Assembly (NCBI GenBank): GCA_017616775.1
Contig: JAFZXM010000013.1
Location: 9,124-73,123, forward strand
Direction of reading: 5' to 3'
From: Bacteroidales bacterium
Lineage (GTDB): Bacteria; Bacteroidota; Bacteroidia; Bacteroidales; WCHB1-69
Length of the DNA: 64,000 bases
The position numbers were made by a program, and so were the translations under genes. A model generated the notes under the pieces. That model saw only the letters and a list, made by a program, of their open reading frames with translations, was not told where the DNA came from and made no database searches. This document shows, in pieces, positions 57,142-64,000 of the stretch; positions within the stretch are counted from its first letter, which is position 1; each line of letters starts with the position of its first letter.

Positions 57142-57160
57142 TTGGTATATATTTTGAATA
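57142..57160 (+). promoter_or_regulatory. sigma54-like -24/-12 site upstream of hsp20
   Basis: TTGGTATATATTTTGAATA; preceded by a TGTCA-N4-TGTCA repeat (57119-57131 region) and TGTGCCAA (57086-57093). Confidence 0.55.
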
Positions 57161-57240
57161 GACAAAAGTAAAACCGAAAGCCCATGAAGTTTGGGACAGA
57201 ACTTCAGACTGAGGCGAATGAATAAAAAATTATTATTATT

Positions 57241-57684
57241 ATGTTACCGATTAATAAAAAAAACGAATCCAATTGGATGCCGAGTCTGTTTAACGATTTA
57301 TTCAGTGAAGAGTGGCCGATTATGAGAACTGCGGCAATGACTTCCCCTGCTATCAACGTGGTGGAAGATGAAAAGCAGTATCATGTTGAAATAGCGGCTC
57401 CGGGTATGACCAAAGAAGATTTCAAGATTCATGTAAATGATCAAAATGAATTGGTGATAACCATGGAACGCAAAAAAGAAACGGAAGATAAAAGCAACAG
57501 GCATGGTTGTAAATATCTCCGTCACGAATTCAGTTACAATCATTTTGAACAAAATTTGTTGTTGCCTGATAATGTGGAAAAAGAGAATATTTCCGCAAAA
57601 ATGGACAACGGAGTGTTAAATGTATTTTTGCCGAAGATGCGGGAAACATCCAAAAAACCGGTAAAACTGGTTGAGATACAATAA
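57241..57684 (+). CDS. Hsp20/alpha-crystallin small heat-shock protein
   Basis: PAINV.E, IAAPG..KEDF, EFSY..F, LP.NV, A.M.NGVL.V.LPK. Confidence 0.95.
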   Translation: MLPINKKNESNWMPSLFNDLFSEEWPIMRTAAMTSPAINVVEDEKQYHVEIAAPGMTKEDFKIHVNDQNELVITMERKKETEDKSNRHGCKYLRHEFSYNHFEQNLLLPDNVEKENISAKMDNGVLNVFLPKMRETSKKPVKLVEIQ

Positions 57685-57699
57685 GGTTTGTTGATTTTT

Positions 57700-57732
57700 A
57701 AATATCCCCGGCACATCGGGGATATTTTTTTA
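57700..57732 (+). terminator. intrinsic terminator of hsp20
   Basis: AAATATCCCC-GGCACATC-GGGGATATTT followed by a T tract. Confidence 0.8.
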
Positions 57733-57738
57733 TATAAT

Positions 57739-57763
57739 AAAAAAGCGGGCTGAAAAACCCGCT
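57739..57763 (-). terminator. intrinsic terminator of iorB
   Basis: AGCGGG...CCCGCT stem with a 5' A tract (T tract on the minus strand). Confidence 0.65.
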
Positions 57764-57787
57764 ATAAAACGTATAAAAACACAGAAT

Positions 57788-58354
57788 TTATTTACTTGCA
57801 TTAAATCCTGCATGAATAGCGTCTAAATTAGCTTTTACCACAGCATCTCCTTTACGGTCGAATATATGATGAATGGCGTCTTCCAATTTAGTGATGTTAA
57901 TGCCCAAATAGGGAACAGCGGCTCCTAAAAGCACCATATTGGAACGGGCGTTAACTTGTTTGGCTATTTCATTTGCATTTATTTTAACACAATTTTTTAT
58001 TTTTGCCAATTCTGCATTTACCTTTTCCATAGGAGGATAATTGGTAATATTGACAAATGGCTCTGAATTGGTGATAACACAACCTGTAGAACACAGGAAG
58101 GGCAAATATCTGAGAGCTTCCATGGGTTCGGAAGAAAGGATAATGTCTGCATAGCCTTCCGGAATAACGTCTGCAAATATCGGCTTGTCAGATAAACGCA
58201 AATGAGAAAATACAGAACCGCCGCGTTGGGACATTCCGTGAATTTCCGATTGTTTTAAATACAGATTTTCGTTTAGAGCGGCGTCTGATATAATTTTGGC
58301 TACAGATACTATACCATCGCCTCCTACACCGCATAATATGATATCTTTTTTCAT
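57788..58354 (-). CDS. iorB: indolepyruvate:ferredoxin oxidoreductase beta subunit
   Basis: GVGG.G, QSEIHGMSQRGGSV, EPMEALRY, N.V.LGA. Confidence 0.93.
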   Translation of the reverse strand: MKKDIILCGVGGDGIVSVAKIISDAALNENLYLKQSEIHGMSQRGGSVFSHLRLSDKPIFADVIPEGYADIILSSEPMEALRYLPFLCSTGCVITNSEPFVNITNYPPMEKVNAELAKIKNCVKINANEIAKQVNARSNMVLLGAAVPYLGINITKLEDAIHHIFDRKGDAVVKANLDAIHAGFNASK

Positions 58355-58385
58355 TTTAAAGTCTCCTATCAAATTTTAATATTAC

Positions 58386-59972
58386 TTATTTTTTCTCACC
58401 CAAGTGTTTTTTTAATTCCACCAAGCAAGTGCGGTGAGGAATAATTACTGAAACACCGTTGTAAGCAACTTCTTCTTCTATTATTTTAACATTTTCGTCA
58501 TGATTTTTCGGCAAAGGAATAATGTCACGAATATGTTCCGGAGCTACACCCAAGCCTTCGCATATACGACGAATTTTATTGTGGGCCGATGAAGGTTGGC
58601 CTCCTGTCATGGCTGTAATATCGTTGTCCAATATTACCACCACCACGTTGGCTTTTTCGTTTACACAATCCAAAAGCCCTGTCATGCCGCTATGCCCAAA
58701 GGTGCCGTCTCCAATAACTGCAACAGAGGGGAATATACCGACTTCCGAAGCGCCTTTGGCCATGGTGATGGAAGCGCCCATACATACGGTGGTATCTATG
58801 GCTTTCATATTAAAACCTAAAGTATAGCAACCTATATCTCCGAAAACTTTTCCGTGTTCGTATTTTGCCATTACGGCGTTTAATGCGTTGTAGCTGTCTA
58901 TATGGGGACATCCTTGACACAATGCGGGCGGTCTGTTGGTAACAACATCAGGAACAGGCATACCCGGTTGCATGTCTTTTTTTAATGCTTTAGCTATTTT
59001 TTCAGCATTCATTTCACCGTCTCTGCGGATGGTTTCATCCAAACGGCCCATTACTTTTTTGCCTTTACCCAAAAAGCCTTTGATATGTTCTTCAATGAAA
59101 GGTTGTCCGTCTTCTAATACCAACAAAGCCCCGCATTCATCATACAATTTGCTCAACATATTGTAAGGCAAAGGATATTGGGTGATTTTAACTATGGGGT
59201 AAGGACATGTGGTATCGGTGAAATTTTCCATTAAATAGTTATAAGCAATACCGCTGGTGATGATACCTAAAGTTTTATCGGTACCGGCAAAATATTGGTT
59301 AAAACCGGATTCTTCCGATGCTTTGGTAAAAGCGGGCTGTTTGTCTATTAAATTACGATACAATCGTTTGGCGTTGGCCGGGAGCAATACGAACGATTTT
59401 GCATCTTCCGGATTGGTCAGCGGATTTTGTGCACGGCTTTCTTTACGGGTAACACCGGCGCGGCTGTGAGCCAATCGGGTGGGAATACGATATAATACAG
59501 GGGTGCCCAGTTTTTCGGATAATTCGTATCCGTAAAATACCATGTCATAGGCCTCTTGTTGATTGGAAGGCTCTAACATGGGTATCATGGCCCAATGTCC
59601 GTAATAACGGCTGTCTTGTTCATCTTGTGAAGAGAACATGCTGGGATCATCGGCAACAACTATTATTACGCCTTTAGTGCCTATAATGGCTGCATTCATA
59701 AAAGGGTCTCCACACACATTCAAGCCGACGTGTTTCATACATGTCATGGCTCGTTTGCCTGCATAAGCAACGCCTATAGACGCTTCCAAGGCTGTTTTTT
59801 CATTGGCGCACCAATTGGCTATTATACCTTTTTCTTTAGCCTCTTTTGATTTAATAACGTATTCCGTGATTTGTGTTGACGGAGTTCCCGGATAACTATT
59901 GATGGCACTGCCTCCGGCATCTATAAATGCTTGAGCAATGGCTTCATCTCCTAATAATAATAATTTCTGCAT
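58386..59972 (-). CDS. iorA: indolepyruvate:ferredoxin oxidoreductase alpha subunit (TPP-dependent)
   Basis: LGDEAIA, YPGTPST, NEKTALE, MKHVGLN, SSQ.EQD.R, RPP.LC.GCPH, GDIGCY, IGDGTF.HSG, AMTGGQ. Confidence 0.95.
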   Translation of the reverse strand: MQKLLLLGDEAIAQAFIDAGGSAINSYPGTPSTQITEYVIKSKEAKEKGIIANWCANEKTALEASIGVAYAGKRAMTCMKHVGLNVCGDPFMNAAIIGTKGVIIVVADDPSMFSSQDEQDSRYYGHWAMIPMLEPSNQQEAYDMVFYGYELSEKLGTPVLYRIPTRLAHSRAGVTRKESRAQNPLTNPEDAKSFVLLPANAKRLYRNLIDKQPAFTKASEESGFNQYFAGTDKTLGIITSGIAYNYLMENFTDTTCPYPIVKITQYPLPYNMLSKLYDECGALLVLEDGQPFIEEHIKGFLGKGKKVMGRLDETIRRDGEMNAEKIAKALKKDMQPGMPVPDVVTNRPPALCQGCPHIDSYNALNAVMAKYEHGKVFGDIGCYTLGFNMKAIDTTVCMGASITMAKGASEVGIFPSVAVIGDGTFGHSGMTGLLDCVNEKANVVVVILDNDITAMTGGQPSSAHNKIRRICEGLGVAPEHIRDIIPLPKNHDENVKIIEEEVAYNGVSVIIPHRTCLVELKKHLGEKK

Positions 59973-60299
59973 ATTTTTATTTATATTTTATTTTCAAAAA
60001 TAAGATTATTGATAAAGCATTTATCATATGCAAAGGTACAATTTTTTATTGAAAATTATAGATTCCGCAGGCAAAGATGCACGAAAATATTACAAAAGGA
60101 AAGCACGGTTTTTACTTCAATTTGCAAAAAACAACTGTTATAATTGCGGGAGTGTTGTTTTTGGAAAACAAAAAAACAAATTGTTTGTTCCCGGTGTTTG
60201 GCTTTTTTTATTTTTCTGTTCTTTTGTATATATTTTTTGCCGGCTGCATGGTGTCGGCAACTCGGGAAAAAACTATCTTTGCATTTTCTAAGTTTCAAC

Positions 60300-61688
60300 A
60301 TGGGAGTATCGGAGAACAAAGACGAACAAAAGCGTTTGGAAAAATATGCCCTTATGACGCAAGGATCGGTAAAACGTTTGGTTCTCAAAATGGCGTTACC
60401 GACGATAATAAGCATGTTGGTAACGGCAATATATAATGTGGCGGACGCCGCTTTTATAGGACATTTAAGTACGGAAGCCACAGCAGGTGTGGGAGTGTCG
60501 TTCGCCTATATGATTTTTGTGCAGGCAATAGGATTTTTTCTGGGGCATGGCAGCGGCAATTATATCTCCCGTGCATTGGGTGCCCGTAACACCGTTAATG
60601 CCGCCAAAATGGCTTCCACAGGTTTTTTCACCGCTTTATCGGCAGGAACGGTGTTTGCAATAGCGGGAGTGTGTTTCTTAAGTCCGCTGTCTCTGCTGAT
60701 GGGGGCTACAAGTGACATTTTGCTTTTTTCCAATCAATATTTGTTTTATATTCTTTTGGCCACTCCTTTTATGATGACATCCATGGTGATGAATAATCAA
60801 TTGCGGTTGCAGGGCAGTGCCAATTATGCCATGGTTGGATTGGCATTGGGAGCCATTCTCAATTTATTGTTGGATCCTTTGTTTATTTTTGTATTCCGAT
60901 GGGGAGTAAAAGGTGCGTCGTTTGCCACTCTTTTAAGTCAGTTGTTTTCTTGTATATTGCTCTTTGCGGGCACAAAAAAAGCGGGCAATGTTCATATCCG
61001 GTTACATAATTTTAGTCCCTCCCTGTATTTTTATAAGGAAATAGTGCGCGGAGGTTTGCCTTCGTTGTGCAGACAATGTCTGATATGCGTATCCACCATA
61101 TGTTTAAACAGGGCGGCGGCGGTGTATGCCTTGCCGGGCCAAGAGGCGTCGACTATTGCCGCTTTTGCCATAGTATCCCGCATTATGATGTTTGCTTTTT
61201 CCATTATATTGGGATTCGGCCAGGGTTTTCAACCCGTGTGCGGGTTTAATTACGGTGCGGGCTTGCATGCAAGGGTTAAAGAGTCGTATGTGTTCTGTAT
61301 GACAGTGGCTACCGTTATATTGTTGCTAATGGGAAGTATAGGCTATATATGGGCACCGCAATTGATAGCCTTGTTCCGGAACGAAGATAGGGTATTGATA
61401 GATATAGGCACCCGTGTGCTGCGATGGCAGTGTCTGGCATTTCCGCTGATAGGCCTTACCACCGCAACCAATATGCTTTTTCAAACCATAGGAAGGGTGT
61501 TTCCTGCCACCATCTTATCGTTATGCAGGCAAGGATTGTTTTTTATACCTATTTTGTTGACAGTGCCTTCCATAGTCGGGTTAAAAGGCCTGGAAGCAAC
61601 ACAAGCCATGGCCGATGTGCTTACCTTTTTATTTACTTTGCCCTTCGCAATCAACATCTACAGGGAATTGGCAAAAGGAAAAGAATGA
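60300..61688 (+). CDS. MATE family efflux transporter
   Basis: YNVAD, N..LDPLFI, GA..AT, GFGQG.QP..G.NYGA; ~12 TM helices. Confidence 0.93.
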   Translation: MGVSENKDEQKRLEKYALMTQGSVKRLVLKMALPTIISMLVTAIYNVADAAFIGHLSTEATAGVGVSFAYMIFVQAIGFFLGHGSGNYISRALGARNTVNAAKMASTGFFTALSAGTVFAIAGVCFLSPLSLLMGATSDILLFSNQYLFYILLATPFMMTSMVMNNQLRLQGSANYAMVGLALGAILNLLLDPLFIFVFRWGVKGASFATLLSQLFSCILLFAGTKKAGNVHIRLHNFSPSLYFYKEIVRGGLPSLCRQCLICVSTICLNRAAAVYALPGQEASTIAAFAIVSRIMMFAFSIILGFGQGFQPVCGFNYGAGLHARVKESYVFCMTVATVILLLMGSIGYIWAPQLIALFRNEDRVLIDIGTRVLRWQCLAFPLIGLTTATNMLFQTIGRVFPATILSLCRQGLFFIPILLTVPSIVGLKGLEATQAMADVLTFLFTLPFAINIYRELAKGKE

Positions 61689-61738
61689 AACTATAGGCGG
61701 AAAGGTTCAAAAGATTTTATCGGCGGATGATTTTTATG

Positions 61739-64000
61739 CTAAGGGTTGTCGGTGTCTGTATATTTTGGATAAATGATGGTAAATGTGGTGCCTTCTCCTT
61801 TTTTTGATTCAAAACTAATGCTGCCGCCCTGAGAGGTGATAATATTTTTCACTATGGCCAAACCCAATCCTGTTCCTGATGTTTTGGTGGTGAAATTGGG
61901 CCGAAATATTTTTTCTTTAATATCATCGGGTATGCCCACCCCGTTATCGGCAACCAATATTTGCCACATTTTGTCCCCATACGACTGAATATGAATTTTT
62001 ATTATAATATTCTTTTCCCGTTTGGCTTGTATGGCGTTTTGTATTAAATTGTTAAAAACACGTATCATATTGCTTTTATCGGTTACCACCATGCAAGGGT
62101 TGGTTTCATAATATTCCAAAACAAACACATTGGCATTGTTTTTATTTTGGTACATATCCACCACTATTTTTATGATGTCACACAAATTGACCAATTCCAT
62201 ATTTTCTTGGTCTACAGAGGCATATCGGGAAAAGGAGGATGCTATTTGTGTGAGTGCGTCAGTTTGCTCTATCACCATGTTGAAATAGGCATTCATGTCT
62301 TCTTTGCTCACTTCATCTTCACTCCATTTGCGTTGGATAAGTTGTGTTTTTAACCGAATGGGGGTTAAAGGATTTTTGATTTCGTGGGCAACTTGTTTAG
62401 CCATTTCTCTCCATGCCGTGTTTTGGGAAGTGGATTCCAATAGCTCAGCACTGTTTTTAAGCCTGCTAATCAATTTGTTGTAATTCAATACAAGTTTGCC
62501 CACTTCGTCATCTCTGGTTTCAGGCAAAAGACTTAAAGAATCACCCAAATTGATTTCTGACATACTGTCAGAAACCTGCATCAAAGGTTTTATCAGCCAT
62601 CGTATTAACATAATGGAGGCAAACAATATCAGTATAAGTGCACCCAAACAGATAATTAAAAATTTTATCACTATTTGTCCCTGTTTTGCATCCATCACAT
62701 TGAGCAAAGGAGTTACTTGATAAGGCATGGACATATAGCCGATAATGTTTCCTGTTGAACCGATGATGGTTTGCGTTATGCATTTATATTTTACATCATA
62801 CAGCACACGCTCTGAAGTAATGGATAGCAGTTTGTCTTCGGTCATTTTTACATATATCAAAGGATCTATTTTGGTACTGAACAATATTCCTTTGCCGTAA
62901 CTCAAAACATTTTGCCCTTTTTCATTATAAAACAACAAATCGATGGTGTTAAAGTTCATCTGACTCAGTTCGTTGTCTATCAAAACCAAAGCGGAATCGT
63001 CTATACTGCTTGTCACTTTGTTGTCGTTGATGGTTTTGTCTACAGTTTGATGCAGTCTGCTGATTAAATTGGTGCGAATTTTCTGATTGCTGCTCTGATT
63101 GATGTTGTTAAAGAATATAAAACTGAATATCAACACAATAAGCGCTATCAAAAAAGCGATAATCAGCACGTATCTGTTTAAGGTGCGTTGTACGGAATTG
63201 TTTTGTTTAATATTTTTATTTAATGCCCACGCTATACTGTTGGGGATAATAGTGAGCAAGCATTGCAGCAGCATCAATATTACAAAAAATGATATTTTTT
63301 CCCACATGGACACTTCGTCCGTAACGAGAAAAATCATTTGATTTTGTATAAAGACACTGTGATTGTATCCGTTTTGGGTAAACTGCATGCCGGAATACAA
63401 GGTGTCCAAATGATAGTTGTCAATATTGGGTTCATATTTTAAATTGGCATGATTGATGATATTGTATTGCAAATGATTTCCTTCATAGCAGGCAAAAGAG
63501 CAGTTGGCCCCGTCTCTTTGCAGGGTTTCGTCTGTCAAAAGATATCCTTGTGCAAGATGTCGTAATAATACCAGCAGGTAGCCTTTTTCAACCGATTTTA
63601 CTTTGATGGGTACTTTGATCATATATTCCGATTGTCCGAAACCCACACGGCGGAAGCTTACTTCATTGGGTAAAGCGAGGCTGTCGATGATTACATAATT
63701 ATTCATTTTTTTCTGCATAGCCTGCATTTCTTGCGGATTGCCGGTATGGTACAAATATATGTTTACATTGTATTTTTTTGTGTAATCACTCAGATATTTG
63801 TCTATAATAAAATGCTTTATTTCACTTTCTCGTATTTGGTTGGTAATAAAAAAATCTCGTATGATAGTGTCTTTTTTCCAATTTTCGGCCAAATTGGCAA
63901 AATTATAAGATATGTAAGGATTACTGTTGGAACCCAAAATTTCGGTAAGGTTTTCTTTATAGGCTTGTCGGCGGAGGTTGATTTGATTATTTCCGACAGA
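61739..64000 (-). CDS. membrane sensor histidine kinase (HAMP, HisKA, HATPase; NtrY-like); 5' end beyond the window
   Basis: [42 protein letters not shown]; the frame stays open to 64000. Confidence 0.93.
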   Translation of the reverse strand, partial: SVGNNQINLRRQAYKENLTEILGSNSNPYISYNFANLAENWKKDTIIRDFFITNQIRESEIKHFIIDKYLSDYTKKYNVNIYLYHTGNPQEMQAMQKKMNNYVIIDSLALPNEVSFRRVGFGQSEYMIKVPIKVKSVEKGYLLVLLRHLAQGYLLTDETLQRDGANCSFACYEGNHLQYNIINHANLKYEPNIDNYHLDTLYSGMQFTQNGYNHSVFIQNQMIFLVTDEVSMWEKISFFVILMLLQCLLTIIPNSIAWALNKNIKQNNSVQRTLNRYVLIIAFLIALIVLIFSFIFFNNINQSSNQKIRTNLISRLHQTVDKTINDNKVTSSIDDSALVLIDNELSQMNFNTIDLLFYNEKGQNVLSYGKGILFSTKIDPLIYVKMTEDKLLSITSERVLYDVKYKCITQTIIGSTGNIIGYMSMPYQVTPLLNVMDAKQGQIVIKFLIICLGALILILFASIMLIRWLIKPLMQVSDSMSEINLGDSLSLLPETRDDEVGKLVLNYNKLISRLKNSAELLESTSQNTAWREMAKQVAHEIKNPLTPIRLKTQLIQRKWSEDEVSKEDMNAYFNMVIEQTDALTQIASSFSRYASVDQENMELVNLCDIIKIVVDMYQNKNNANVFVLEYYETNPCMVVTDKSNMIRVFNNLIQNAIQAKREKNIIIKIHIQSYGDKMWQILVADNGVGIPDDIKEKIFRPNFTTKTSGTGLGLAIVKNIITSQGGSISFESKKGEGTTFTIIYPKYTDTDNP

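Noticed and set aside
1-64000. Prophage, IS, integron, tRNA/rRNA, retron or DGR reverse transcriptase, anti-phage defence genes
   Set aside because: No integrase, transposase, RT (YxDD), phage structural gene or tRNA/rRNA signature was recognised by eye.

Overview
A 64-kb chromosomal window from an anaerobic Bacteroidales-type bacterium. Evidence: the TAnnTTTG -7 promoter motif sits upstream of most transcription units, and the window carries porQ, three T9SS C-terminal-domain (CTD) proteins, iorAB and hydE. Most of it is housekeeping: tsaC, phoH, porQ, ferredoxin, Smr, uvrD/pcrA, surE, proS, xth, fabG, pyrE, rlmB, hsp20, iorAB, a MATE pump and a sensor kinase cut by the window end. Two accessory zones stand out. 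(1) 1-6900 holds a frameshifted T9SS C10 cysteine protease, lipoproteins, a tail-fibre-chaperone-like remnant, a protein whose C-terminus looks like a DGR variable region, and a tandem lipoprotein pair flanked by a duplicated promoter. (2) 20503-27547 is a tightly packed 8-gene operon: VTC polyphosphate-polymerase domain, DUF4956 inner-membrane protein, DUF2490 barrel, DUF4353 beta-helix and a small T9SS protein. It is the best candidate for an uncharacterised trans-envelope polyphosphate synthesis/export system. Also notable are a PHP-phosphoesterase/GT39 fusion, a T9SS-secreted transglutaminase-like protein and two near-identical sigma54-like sites. I recognised no rRNA, tRNA, CRISPR array, transposase, integrase or reverse transcriptase. 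All family calls come from motif recognition by eye; no database search was run.
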